Below, piece after piece: positions 39,521 to 52,933 of a DNA stretch of 64,000 nucleotides (position 1 is the stretch's first letter; every line of letters begins with the position of its first letter). A program made the position numbers and the translations under genes. Origin of the DNA: Tubulanus polymorphus (lineage: Eukaryota; Animalia; Nemertea); assembly GCF_964204645.1 (NCBI RefSeq), contig NC_134028.1, forward strand, positions 18,421,653 through 18,485,652. Direction: 5' to 3'. The notes beneath the pieces are model-generated. The model was not told where the DNA came from, made no database searches, and saw nothing but the letters and a program-made list of their open reading frames with translations.

Positions 39521-39990
39521 ACGCGAGTTCACTCTTATGGTCTATTCAAGTACTACATGTATGCTGTTCTCACGCACATGTCACATTTTGTTTTATAACT
39601 TGATGACTTGATACAGTAATAAATAAGATGAAAATAAATGATTAAATCATTTGAATATTTTGTTTTTAAATGTCTATTGCTAAATATTGGTTGAATTTGA
39701 CTGGCCAGCAATGGTACTATTGGACTGAGAAATGAAGGTCGACCGATGCATTTCCTCAACTGCAGATAGGTCCAAAAATTGATGTTTTTCTTGGTGGTTA
39801 GTCTGGACGGTATCTCATCTTCAGAAAACTTTTGCTTAAAAAGGTTATATCAATTGTAAGACTTGATTCAACACCGAACGATGGCAATCTTTCACAGATC
39901 CCTCTGAGGCAAGCCTGTTGACTGCATTCATTTACACCAGTATCACAGACAAACTTTATGTGTCACACTTAAGGTATATACTTAAAAATG

Positions 39991-40166
39991 TTTTTGTCCC
40001 ATATTGACAACTTTTTGTCTCATAATGACACATAATATTTGACTATGTCCCATAATGACACTTTGTCCCGCATTGACCCATAATGTCATTACGGGACAGT
40101 CATTATGGGACACGGTCAAATATTTTGTGTCATTACGGGACACAAAGTTGTCATTATGGGACAAAA

Positions 40167-40167
<1 letters not shown>
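39991..40167. repeat. Foldback palindrome of tcccataatgacac subrepeats, followed by (TTA)n
   Basis: Left arm about 39991-40059 is the reverse complement of right arm about 40099-40167; (ATT)n follows to about 40202. Confidence 0.8.
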
Positions 40168-40202
<35 letters not shown>

Positions 40203-41134
40203 TTTGATGTCAATTATGTTGTCATTAATTATTATTGTATTCTCATTAATTGTATCATGGTATCAAATCATACCAGGGCATCCCCCCAATTAGGTACAGC
40301 CCTTAGGGCTTGGGGCTGTCCTGCTAGAATGTATATATTCAATAATCATGTACAACAATTATTATACTATTATATTATGTATTATACATTTGAGAAAAAA
40401 TATATTCATATTCATATTCAAACAAGAATTCAGGAATGGTTGACATTTTACAACTGAGAGACGTGGTTCTAGTGCATGACAATGTTGAGTTGAGACACAC
40501 TAAAAGCTAGGAATCATCCCTGAACTAAGTAAACATAAGGATTGCTTAATGGGATCTGCAAAGTCCTGGGTACCAAACCGGATTGTTGCAAAACTGGAGC
40601 TATTGGTGGACAAGATACCCAGAGATAAAATATTGCTTCAACAACAACCAGCAAGTGCAGCTGCAGAATGAGTGAATCAGACGAAACGTAGCTCAGACGT
40701 AAACACCCAATGTAATTAAGTCTCAAGTCAGGCCTTTTTTTCTAGCACCATGTGCAAACTAATTTGTTCATACTAGTATCAGGTAAAATTTGTCGTGAAG
40801 CATAAAAAACTTGCAAATAAGCGCATAGTTTTGACTACTAAGATAGTATATATCCGTGATGAGTGAAGGGTAATGGCTTAGGAACAGTCCAATACTGAGC
40901 CTAAAAAAGGACAATGAGAGGATCTGCGCCATTCTGAGTGTTAGGGTCATGGCTTGGGCGAACATGAGCAACCCTCATCCCTTGGCAAGGGTGAACTCAT
41001 TGCCCTGGCCCTGCAACCAGGGTGACGTTCTAGCCTGGGGGATATGGGCAGAGGAATTCTCTGAGGATACAGCTGTAAAAGAAGTTACCAATTAAAGAAA
41101 GCACTTTAATGTCCAACATTATCATTCAATTTAA

Positions 41135-41404
41135 CCCTTTCAGTGCTGACTAATCAATACACTATAGTGCTGGAGAAAAATTTTGAAAAATTCCAAATGT
41201 GTCGTATAACGGGAATACCACTATAGTGCGTATACACCGCGGTGCAGTGTATTGTTAGTTACTAATATTTCACTATGTTTGATATGTGCTGCCATCTTTC
41301 AATAGAGATAAAAACTAATTACATCAATGCACCGCAGTGTAATGTACTAGCAAAATCCATCATCAATTCATACACCGCACTGCGGTGTAGACGCACTGAA
41401 AGGG
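41135..41404. mobile_element. piggyBac-type MITE
   Basis: TTAA|CCCTTTCAGTGC ... GCACTGAAAGGG|TTAG: 12-bp TIR with the TTAA target site mutated on one side. Confidence 0.85.
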
Positions 41405-42344
41405 TTAGACAAGAAAGCTCTATACAATTTATGGAAAGATATGTTTCGTCGTGGACACAGTCACTGTTTGTTTTGAAGTAGTCCATACATAAATGTGTTC
41501 AGTATCAATATTGATGTACGGTAGTGATGTAGATTTTATTCATTCATTATTTTGATTTACTTCTCTACTCTAACCAGCTGGTTAGCTGGAGTGTCGATTT
41601 AAACCAATTTGTGGGAAATAAACATTCCCACGGACATAGCTAATTAAACATGGATGCGAGCCCTGGCAACCACTACTACTACTACTATTACTACTACTAG
41701 GCGGTAGAAATATATGCTCAGTTGAGACATTATCCTCTCCCTTTGAGACAATGGCGCCAACTCCAACAGGACCTGTTCGCCCTCAATCCATCTTGGCAAA
41801 CTCACGATAGTCCTGCCCGTATACAAAGTTAGTAATAAATTGATCAAGTATTGTAGGTTCTATCGAGCCAATGTTTTTTTATTCAGTTAGGCCCACTGGT
41901 GGCCATATTTGGAAAGAAAAACTCTTGAATGCTCATAGGAACTTACCTCGGTTTCTACAGCTTTAAAACTCTTTTCGTGTTGAATATGTTATTGAATAAC
42001 GGTATTCAGCAGTGATGAATTAGTTTCATTGTTTTAAAACAATTTTGTAGTATTTTTTCAAAGCCTTATTGCAGTCGTTCTAATGGAAATAGCATGATAA
42101 AAGTTACAATTTTCTTGGAGCTTATGACCTCAGCTAACAGAATGTTATTTTCAAAATTTCAATTTGGGGTCTTGGGGTCTATGGAGGGTCAAGTAGAACC
42201 CTCAAAACAGAAAATTTTGCAGTACATATTTACTATGTAATAATTCAAAAAAAGTTAGAGATATATATTCAAAAAGGCATTTAGGAGAAAATCCATGGGT
42301 TAAGGTTGTGTTTTGATATGTTATGGGGTCAAATCCCCCAAAAT

Positions 42345-42972
42345 TCAATGACCACGCCCTCGACCCCTAGCTGGAGAAGTGACAGCTGGAGCAGGTATGG
42401 TTGGATTGGTTTCGCTTCCAGCTGTCTGAAGGAAGCGCTGATGGTGGTGGTTCCTTGTCACTTTGACTAGCTTCATCGCTTTCAAATTCGGTCTGACTGG
42501 TGTTATCACTTTCGTTATCACTTTCATCATCACTTTCATCTACATTATCATTATCATTGCTGCTATCAAAAACAAGATCTCTGACTTGCTGGTAAAACGT
42601 TTGTTTGCCATGATTACTTCAAATAACTGCAGACGTTCGTAAATGTATGCGAGTCTATAATGCTGTAGCCGCGTATTGTATACATTCATATATGCATGCA
42701 CTAAGCCCCTAGTTACTATCCCAGTCAGTATGTTTGTCAGTGGATCTAATCATTCAAAACACGTGTGACATTGAAATTCCTGGAAGCTCAGCTAGTAGTA
42801 ACCACCTACATGTGGGTGATTGGCTTAGATGCTTCTAATAGCTTTAACGACTAGCCAATCAGCACCGAAGTCACCTGATTGACATCGGCGAATATTTTCC
42901 CCAACACTGATCTAAGCTAACCAAATTCACGTCAATTCTCGGCGAACCAGTTCGCCAATGACATCGAAAGAG
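42345..42972 (-). mobile_element. 5' fragment of a piggyBac-like element
   Basis: Minus-strand TTAA|CTCTTTCGATGTC end; N-terminus MANKRFT..(frameshift)VRDLVFDSSNDNDNVDESDDESD.. followed by RGRGRG. Confidence 0.55.
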
Positions 42973-43496
42973 TTAATTAAGGCTGTCTTTGCAACACATC
43001 CCCTGGTGGCCACAACTGGAACTCAAAAAACTTTAATTCCAATAGGTATGTACCGTACACTAAGTCCTACCCGTAAACAATGTTTGAAAACTAGGTGTCC
43101 AGGGAGACTAAGCTACTTGGTGAAATGTTTGACAATCTGACAATCAAATATTCAACACCCCTGGTGAATAAGTACAGTAATGAATGAGGTAGAAGCACAT
43201 CACAATCATATAGCTTGTTATTAGCTACAATTCTGCCGTTGATTGTAGTTACAAACTATGCATAGCTACCAATAGGCATATATGAAAATACCATGCTATT
43301 CCGCTATTCCACACCACCTGAACATATCGGAAACCAATGACCTTGACACTCGCTATAATCATAGAGAATGTCATCAACGACAATTTTACTGATGATGTAG
43401 GTAACAAATATGCCTAGGTACCAATATATGGAATTACCACATTATTTTTTTATCAAATGTCCCCTGGTATACATACACAGAAAGCAATAACCTTAA

Positions 43497-45994
43497 CTTT
43501 TTAACTGCTATGGACGCTTCTACCGCATCACTTTGTGTGCGGCTGACGTGCTGACGCATAGTCGCTATTCTTTTCAAATTGACTGCAGCACAGTGGCGAT
43601 TGTTTTGTTTTGAATTGTCGGCACTTAACAAAAAAATGCCTTATAAAAATTGTTTCGCAAATCATCAAAATCTTGTAGATGGCGCATAGTACAGTGGGAA
43701 AATCAAAATAATAACTAAAATTTGAAAACTTTTTATTATGGCGTTCGTTCCATAATATCTCCCTGTTACCGTACAGTACTGCCATCTGTCCATTATGAGT
43801 GGAACTTTTCATTCATTGAAATGGCGGCAGCAAGGAGAAGAATCTCTGCAGCAGACATATTAGCCGAAGTTTTTGCTGATCACGACAGAGGTGATTCTGA
43901 TATCAAAAGTGAAGACGATACTGTCGATGTCCAGCAGGGCGATAACATTGATGATAGCAGTGATGATGAGGACGCCGCTACGTATGATGGTGCCGATGAA
44001 AATTCCAGGTAATTTGCTAGGTTAGTGGCAGACACTTGTGTCCGGGGAAAAAGAAAAAAATAATACTAAAGATGAAATTTCAAAAATTATATTATGAACT
44101 AACTGCTTGCTAATTTGGTAAAATATGATAATAACACTGCAGTTTAGTATTATAATTTTCTTTTTTTAGTGGTAGTGATACTGTTCAATCTGCTGATGAG
44201 AGTGACCATGATTCATCTGAGCCTAGTGTTCCAAATGCTGTGAGAGGTGGTAGCGGTCTAGGCCAAGGTCGCAGTAGAGGCAGAGGACAAGGGCGTAGAC
44301 GAGGTCGTAGCAGAAGTCAAGGCCAAGGTCGCGGTAGCGGCAGAGGACAAGAGCGTATACGAGGATAAGGGCCTGGACAGCAACCGTAGCGGATATGGCT
44401 GAATGACACTCAACATTTCATGCCAACAATTCCTCAATTTACTGAAATTCCAGGCCAAAAAGTGCATATCGCAAATGATGCAACTCTGTAAATTTATGTG
44501 AAACAATTTCTATCAAACGAAGTGATTGACCATATCGTTACTGAGACTAATAGATATGCACAGTAACTGACTAAAAAGTAAACTAACCGAAGTAACTGAC
44601 CGCCTTGAGATGGAGAGAACAATGAAATGGTATAAAAAGATTGCGGCTCGCTTGTTCATGCTTTGCATCTTGAATTCCCATCTTGTTGCCAGGAAAGGAG
44701 GGTTAAAACAGGACTTCTTGGCATTCGTTCATGACGAGGTATCTGCGATGCTTTCAAACCATCCTGTTGTTGACAACAACACTGCCAGTCGTTTAGTAAG
44801 TAGACAATTTTTTGAGAGAATTCCTTCAACACCGGCCAGACTATCCCCAGGAACGGAGATGAGAACGCCAACCTATAAAATGTGCGGTTTTTTTCTTGAG
44901 TTACACATGCAAACCAGCTGACGGCGTAGCTGTCAGCACTTGCGAGCACCGAAGGCGCGAAGCTATTTCGGGGGGTTTGGGGGTCCGACCCTAATTTTTA
45001 GAAATTAGAAGTGTTTTCCGAGCACTTAGAGCGATCTTGAACCCATGAACGACTATTATATTTTGGAAGGTAATGGCTAGTTCCATCCTCATTCGATGAC
45101 ATTCAACATCTCATGCATTACGGGTCGAGCCCTGAATTATTGCAGTTAAAATGCGCCGATGAATCCGAATGCTCACTAAAAATCATCACCCAGTAGTGTA
45201 TAATATCTGAAGGCATTCACCACACGCGCGCGGCAACATTAAGTAGGCCTATGTACATTACTACTGTTGCCGCGCGCGCATGTCGGCAACCGATCGATAA
45301 AATACATATACACTCATCGTAGTACAAATGTAGATACAAAATCAGTGTTGCAATGAATATGCATTGAAATGCGATACTTTTACGCGACGGTAAGTAAACC
45401 AGGCACTGAACGCACTTAAGGTCCACCTAATTAACGATAGCACCGGACCAATTGAGTGAGATCATCACCCCCCCATACTGTTACATCATTTTTTTGACTA
45501 TTTGGAAAATCCGCGGGAATCCATGGATCCGCGGGGAATTCACATCCCTGCAGGAAAGAGATGCCCAGTGTGTAAAGCGCGACCCGGCATACGTAGTGAA
45601 TCCGTCTATCATTGCAAAACCTGTCCAAACAAACCTGGGCTACATCTGGGTGAATGTTTTGAAGTTTATCACACAATCAAGAACTCTGCTATTTTGCAAT
45701 AAATAAATTTTATTGCACAGTGTGAATTACATTTTGGTTCTTATTTCCGATTTTTGCGATTTTTTTCAGAAAATGATGGTTTTTAGTATGGTCAGCCATA
45801 TGTATCAAAATCGCCACTATGGGATACCAAATGTTGAAATTATGAAAATCTAATCCCACAATTAGTTTTATTAGTTTTATTAATTTTTTATTTCATTTGT
45901 GAAAAATAGATCAATTATAATTATTTTAGAATAAAGTCAAATTTTGACAGAAATGCTCAGCACAAGGCAAAAATAGGCCGCAGCAGCGAAAGGG
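43497..45994 (+). mobile_element. Internally deleted piggyBac transposon with an intron-containing transposase remnant
   Basis: 3' end GCAGCGAAAGGG|TTAA and degenerate 5' end. Acidic N-terminus from ATG 43821, then FLSNEVIDHIVTETNRYAQ, RTMKWYKKIAARLFMLCILNSH, and C-terminal CRD CPVC...YHCKTCPNKPGLHLGECFEVYHT. The DDD core is missing. Confidence 0.88.
44854..45550. mobile_element. Non-autonomous TIR insertion inside the piggyBac CRD
   Basis: Flanked by direct repeat CAGGAA (44848-44853 / 45551-45556); imperfect TIR CGGAGATGAGAA vs CAGGGATGTGAA. Removing it restores ARLSPGKRCPVC. Confidence 0.65.
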
Positions 45995-48074
45995 TTAAAC
46001 TCAGCATTATGAACAAGAGGACCACAAGGTTCATATGGTCATAAACAGTGTTTAAAATAAACCAAATAGTAGTGCGTGGATGTAGTGAGGAGATGTCAGT
46101 TTTATCAGTGAAAACAAAGTCACTTTTCCAGGGTTTCCATGAGGCTGGTTTTTTTTAAGTCTTAAGTTTTCCTATTTTCCCCAAATCCTGAAAAATTCTT
46201 TGAGGAATTGTGAAAGGAATTGTAATTTCCACAGACATCATATGTTCTTGTTTTAGTTTATTTCAATGTAACGATCTGTTTCATCAATAAAATGGGTGGC
46301 TGACAATGAAGTGAAAGGCTGAATCCAAGAACATGTCTATCGCACTTTTGAACCCAAGCGTCTACTTTTACTTAGTAGCCACTTGAGAACAATAAGCAAT
46401 TAACGATATCGGCTACTTTTCCAGTAGTATACATTTCAAAACAGTCACTCTGAAATAGTATTCCTTTCAATTCGGTTGGTTTTCTATAGTGGCTGTTTCG
46501 AAGAGTCTACTATTGAAAAGTGACCATTTTGAAAAATCTGGTTTCGATAGTGCACACTAGCAGTAGAGGCAACTGTAAAACCATCCGCCTGTTAACAGTA
46601 ACTTTGTGATAGTAACTCCTACCATAGCAGCTACTCTCAAAACACATCGTTACTAAAAGTCAACTATTGAAAAGTGACCATTTTGAGATGACATGGTTAT
46701 TTCCTGTACAAAATAGCAGATTTGCAGTGATACGTGACAGGTTCAAAGGTACTGTTAAACCCTATATGCTTTGTATACAGAACTCTGTATGCTTTGAATA
46801 CAGTTTTGTGAATAGAAAATCAAAGTTTTTGAGATGCTAAGAATCCCCTAAATTATATTACCCTCAACAAAATGGGAAACTATTGATTCATATAACATCA
46901 TCATGGATTAAATCCATTACTACTAAAATATAGTGCCAGTCCTAGAATTCTTAGAATTTTAAGATTTTTGTTTTACATTTGCGATTATAAAACATTCTGG
47001 TGTGTTCATAAATCTTTAATTTTGTAGAAAAGAAAGACAAAATATAAATTTGCCTTTTAGGCTCAATTTGTTTTAAGGGTATATGAGAGAGGATTATACA
47101 AATAAAAAATCATATGTTCAAAAAATGAATTACAAAAAAATGTATCTAAAATACTTAGAATTAACCTTGAATTAATTGTTTATTTCAATACAAACGATTT
47201 TTAGGTAATCTATGTGAAGTTCACTTTGTCGCGCTGTTCTCTGCTTCTTCGTTAATGAATATTGAATCGTTTTATCACTCGCTAGAAGTGATACCATAAT
47301 CAAAATCTTATTTCGTAGTTATACAGTTTGGTTGAAATGAAATTACCAACTTATAATAAAAGATCAAACGATTAGCGTATAAAAGTGCAGTGTTGAAATG
47401 TTAATTTTGAAGTCAGCAATTTCATTTGATAGAGAAAACTTCTTTTGGCTTAAGATGTGCAAGAAATGCAATAGGCTGTAATTCTAGTTGCACATACTTT
47501 CCTACTTTATTAAGTAAATTGTTTATATAGGTTATCAAAAACCCAGCAGCAGCTCTGTTCAGCAGGTCAATTACACTGGCTAACTGGACAGTGATTGATG
47601 AACAAATGAACAAACTGCACTGACCACCAAAAGACCACAGACCAAAAGTAATTACCTCTTAATATTAATAAACTTAGCACCGCAATATCTCTATGAAACT
47701 TTATTTCAAGGTGCCAATATAATAACATGCCAACATGTACGGTGTTTGAACTTCGCTGAATCGATGAACCAATGAATCGCTGAATTATAAGATAATTATC
47801 AGTTTTCTCCAACTAAACTCTTTTTCTCAAATTATCGTAAACCAATGTTACCAATACTTGAATTTGGAAGTGAATGCGGGCTAGAACCAACAAAAGGTAC
47901 CGGTTTCAGGTGCAGATATACAGGGAACGTAGCGACCAACACGGTTGTATATCCTCTCATAGCGACCAACACGGTTGTATATCCCTTGTTTGCCGATTAG
48001 TAAATAATTTTCGATCTAAACGACTACAGGACCCGAAGAAGTCCAATAAAATACTCGAAAGCATGTTAACTGTA

Positions 48075-48300
48075 GATAAATGAAGAATTTCCACAGTAGA
48101 ATTTTGTATCATGAAATTTATTATAGTTAAACCACAACGTTTCGGCTGTTGACTGACAGCCATCTGACTGAAAGCCCTTATCACTGGAATGTCTACATTC
48201 AACCTGATGATGGCTGTTAGTCAACAGTCGAAACGTTGCGGTTTCATCTTTAACAAATTTTATCATATTTAAAATTCTATTACGGGATTACTTCATTCGT
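48075..48300 (+). mobile_element. Penelope-like pLTR remnant with inverted copy
   Basis: 48075-48164 is a diverged reverse complement of 48209-48300; contains the hammerhead motif below. Confidence 0.7.
48201..48243 (+). ncRNA. Minimal type I hammerhead ribozyme motif
   Basis: AAC-CTGATGA-T-GGCTGTT-AGTC-AACAGTC-GAAA-CGTTG-CG-GTT: 7-bp stem II, palindromic AACGTT stem III, short stem I. Confidence 0.7.
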
Positions 48301-51164
48301 GACCCCGGTGACGATCACCAAAGGCCGTTACCGTAATCCAAATGAAATCTTGAATACCATACAAAGTTTCTTCTATTAAATTCGATCAAATATGGGCACA
48401 ATTTAGATGATTTCTTTAGAATGTTAAAAATCCACGTGGATATATAGCATATTTTGTTTTAAAAAAATCAATGATTTCGCGAAATTAGAATTCAGGGAAA
48501 TTCGAACACTCCGAAACACACATCTTAATTTAAGATGCAAAGACATCCAGGCCCCCGTTGAAAATAAACCACCATTTCAATAATGAGAGGTTAGCCTGAA
48601 CTTATGATTGCGCTTTTAATCTAAGAATTTAAATCAAAAATAAATGCAGACCTATGCTCGAAAATAGCTGCATTTGTTCAAATTGAATTCTTTATTCAAT
48701 TATATCGCCATGAAAAGAAGGAAATTTTGATTTATCTTAAAACTACATAACTATTGACAATTTTTAAACAAATTTACCTCCAATCTCGACTTTTATTGGT
48801 TAGAGGTGGGAATCGCTCATTACATTTCACATCCTCAAAGAGTATCTACAATATCTTCAAATCTTAACTGAGTCACTCTAAATAGAACTATACCCCAAAC
48901 TATAGCGTGAGTAGAGTTTTCCATATGTTTATACTGTCACGTATCGCTGCTAATCTAAATCATATGTTGCTACCGTGTATTTATAACAGGGAATCTGGCA
49001 AGCGATCTCAAAATGGTCACTTTTCAATAGTTGACTTTTAGAAACGATGTGTTTTGAGAGTAGCTGCTATGGTAGGAGTTACTATCACAAAGTCACTGTT
49101 AACAGGCGGGTGGTTTTACAGTCACCTCTACTGCTAGTGTGCACTATCGAAACCAGATGTTTCAAAATGGTCACTATTCAATAGTAGACTCTTTGAAACT
49201 GCCACTATAGAAAACCAACCGAATTGAAAGGAATACTATTTCAGAGTGACTGTTCTGAAATGTATACTACTGGAAAAGTAGCCAATATCGTTAATTGCTT
49301 ATTGTTCTCAAGTGGCTACTAAGTAAAAGTAGATGTTTGGGCTCAAAAGTGCGATAGACATGTTCTTGGATTCAGCCTTTCAAGTGTAGTTAGCGCATAG
49401 GCCTTATCTACCTTCCCTACAAAAGCATAGTGCAATCGACCAGACAAGATCCCACCCACCCTATTTTTCATAATGGTAGAGTCCACACGTTAGGCAATGA
49501 AACTGTGCAGTGTTCTCTGCGTGTGTGATGCCTCAATGAATGAATGAAGTTTATGTGACAGGCACTGTCCGTGGTAGTTTTAACTACGGCAAAACCACAC
49601 TATAACATTATAATGCACTTAATAAATGGCTCCAAAAATCCTCAAAACTTGCCCCTTAGGGCTTCAAAACCTCCTCCCATGATTATCTTGGCATGAATAC
49701 ACGCTCGAACAATTTTTTCCCCAAAAGAGCAGCAGACATTTTTTTAACGATCACGCAACCCTGCGTTTCTCATTATGTATATATCTTTTTTCTACTATGC
49801 GCACCAAACAGCATATTTTTCGTCAGTCGATCTGAGTCGGCCTGTGTTTACATGAGGCTAATCACTGCTGTGTGTATACAGCACTGGTGCTGCTAATTAG
49901 GGGTATTACCAAGAGTACAGCATCTTCGAATGGTATAGTTTGCAAAGATAGATGTGACTGGCTGGCATTACTGGTAATATCCATGAAGAAAATCTCTCAC
50001 TTGCAGTGCTTTATAGTGAAGATATAAAGACCGGGCAAGCGACTGACAAACCCTGCAGAGACAACCCTACCGATCCTCCCCAAGTCAGTGTAAACCAGGA
50101 AGTGTGCAGTTCTATGAACTACTTACGAATGGTCAGTGTGCGAGCACCTGTGCTGATAGTGATGGGGATATCTCTTCATTGCCGGGTAAAATCGTAGACA
50201 ATTCACTGACAGGTGAGTCCTTCATGTGCTCAAAACTTTTCATAATTCATCACTATTTTGGGAACCTAAATACAACAGGCTATGATAGTCATAGCTAGGA
50301 TCATGGATACAGGAAAATGACGTGTTACATCGGATTATCAGTGCTATTTGATACAGCATTTTTGGTCTATATCCGTAGAAAACTACGGATGTTGTTCAGT
50401 GAACGGCAGGACTTTTACTAGTGATGATACCTTTATGGTCTTTGACCATAAAAATCATATCATGAGCTACAAATTTGCAATTGAATTTGGTTATACAATA
50501 GGCATAGGTACCGATATTAATGAACTAGTGGCCCATTCAAATCATTCACCATTCAAAAGGGGAACTGCGGCAGAATATTTTTTTACATCTTTATGTGCTT
50601 GAAACCGTTAAAAATATATTTTTGCAAGCAGGAAAGAAAATTTTTAGATATTTTTTCAAAGTGGGTTTTGTAGACTCTCCAGCTGCTGCTAATTTCTCCA
50701 CGTAGCAGACACTTTTCGCTATGCTATGATGTAGTGTGGCCCTCTACATATATATGTCACATAGTGGGTGGATAAATAAGAGCACAGACCACACAGGCAG
50801 CCAAACAGCAGTATTGTAATTGTAATTTTCAATTGAAATCTTCGTTAAGTACATCTATTTGTCTACACATGTATGTGATGGACTATGACTATGTCATCAA
50901 TGCTTACATGCCTAGCTACTGGGGATTAAATAGGACACCTCTCATCTGCAATAAATTCTGCCGATAACAATGTGAAAATTAATGTGTATGAGTTAATTAA
51001 GGAGAATTGGAAATTTTAACTAGCATTATGTCAAAGAACTAGAGTAGAAATGAATGACAAATTATAGTAATGGAACTGAAGCTACCCTTCAACTCGCCCT
51101 GGTGGGGTAAACAAGACTGGGTACCAGAAAAATAAAAGCCTTTTACATTCATAGTAATCCTCAC

Positions 51165-51312
51165 CTGCTCCCCAAACATTGTTGAAGAGTTGAAGCACTT
51201 TTGTGTCCTCTGCTGACGATAATTCATTTAGTTTACGTAGTTCCCCACTTTCGATAATCTCCCAGATTTTATCAGCAAGTTTCCTACCAATACCTGGTAT
51301 TGCCATTGCTTC
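51165..51312 (-). CDS. POLL: DNA polymerase lambda exon (HhH motifs, lyase lysine region)
   Basis: [28 protein letters not shown]...[11 protein letters not shown](G). tttcag acceptor, gtgag donor, 148 nt, phase 0/1. Confidence 0.95.
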
Positions 51313-52933
51313 CTGAAATGAAATTTATGAGTCACTTAGAGGCCAAAAGGTCTTGTGCTCTCAGAGTCCAGTTTTTTAAAAATAATATCGATGAAAACAC
51401 ATTACATTGTTCATTCTACTACTCTTTTAATTATGCAGATCTGTTCACCTAGTGCCCTGGGAACTACGGCAAGACTGAAGCCTCAGAGAGTGGTAGGCAG
51501 GAACAAATACGTCAGTTCGATTTGTTTTACCTTAAACGTTTAAGTGAGATATGGCCAGTTTTTCTACGATAAAGTTTATTTAATTCAAAAATCTTGTCGA
51601 ATTGTATGAAAAACGCGCGTATTCATAATGCACGGCAATATGGGCATATGCTGTCATTGTAGTGCGTCCAGTGTGTGACACTAGTGATCTGCCAGCGCGC
51701 ACTTGCCTCGCATAGTATACACTGATATGGCTAGATGCCAACTGTTGCTAAGCAAATCGTTTGCAGTAAATGAATAAACACACACCACACTGCCATACAA
51801 CTCGGCAATAATTTTGGTCTAACTGTAAAAATAAAATCACTGACTTTCCCATTACAAAAGGAATTTATTACCCCTATGGTACCGACCCTTGGTGCAAGAT
51901 GCCCGCTCACACCGAGTGATGTAGTCATCCACATATTAATTCACCTTGTAAAATGAATTTATCCGAAAAAATATTGATAAAATATCTTTATTTTTATTGT
52001 GATCAACTTCTGTCACCATTCCCCCCAATATAACTTGAAATAACCTCAAATACAAAGTTGCCGAATCTATTTTTGCAGCGTATTTAACCCCATTTATTGG
52101 ATCTTCAGTTAATTCAATGACTGTAACTAGAAAGAATCTTTCTATGTGGTCGGGTTAGCATCAAGTTCCATTGGAGACATTCAGTGAATTCTCTATCTCA
52201 CAACCTATGGTAAATCAGTTCTAAATCAATGATAGTTGCAAATGACATGAACGTAACAAACCAAACAATTCGACACCAGGCCACTGCTATGTGCAAGTGA
52301 AACCTATTCGTCACTCAGGCTACAGTCTACATTCTCGCGTAGTTACCACGCCGTACGATAGCCCGGAAATCTTTCTAGGCCTACGATATACAATACAACA
52401 GGTAGTGGCACACCTCAACGAGTATGAAATACTTTTTTTAGAAAGGTCGATCACCACAGCCATATTGGTGCGCAAAACTCAAGGGATATCCCGATATAAC
52501 ATCAGGCAGGAAAATGATTATTATTTTACAGGATTCCTTCAATTCCTTCCTACAGAAATAAATTCATTCAGGAACGCACAACATATTTCAGACAGACTGA
52601 TTAAGTAACAAAGCTATCTTGTGTCATATAACAGAAAAAAACTGGGAAAATGAAGTTCAAGTCGAACCTCTAAAACGACCTGACCTCAAAAATGGTATGC
52701 TGTGGTTCGCTGTTAATATACACAACATAATGCACGCTTCTGATTGGGAGATCTGATAATTAGATCAATCCAATCAATCCTGCATGGGATCCGTGATATA
52801 AAGACTGAATGCCATTCACATTGCAGCACCCAAATCCTTTGTGGAATAGATAAACATGTAAATATCTGCTGTGGCTCTTGAATTTGTCAACGGTACTATT
52901 CCATAGCAGCTTTCTACCTTAAAATTATTTGTG

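Larger units (their letters stand above)
46316..49378. mobile_element. ~3.1-kb segment bounded by ~375-bp inverted repeats (Kolobok-like)
   Basis: 46316-46690 is the reverse complement of about 49005-49378 (AGGCTGAATCCAAGAACATG ... CATGTTCTTGGATTCAGCCT). Confidence 0.75.

Noticed and set aside
40083-40457. ORFs with poly-Ile or poly-Leu resembling a signal peptide
   Set aside because: Produced by the (ATT)n microsatellite and the neighbouring foldback repeat.
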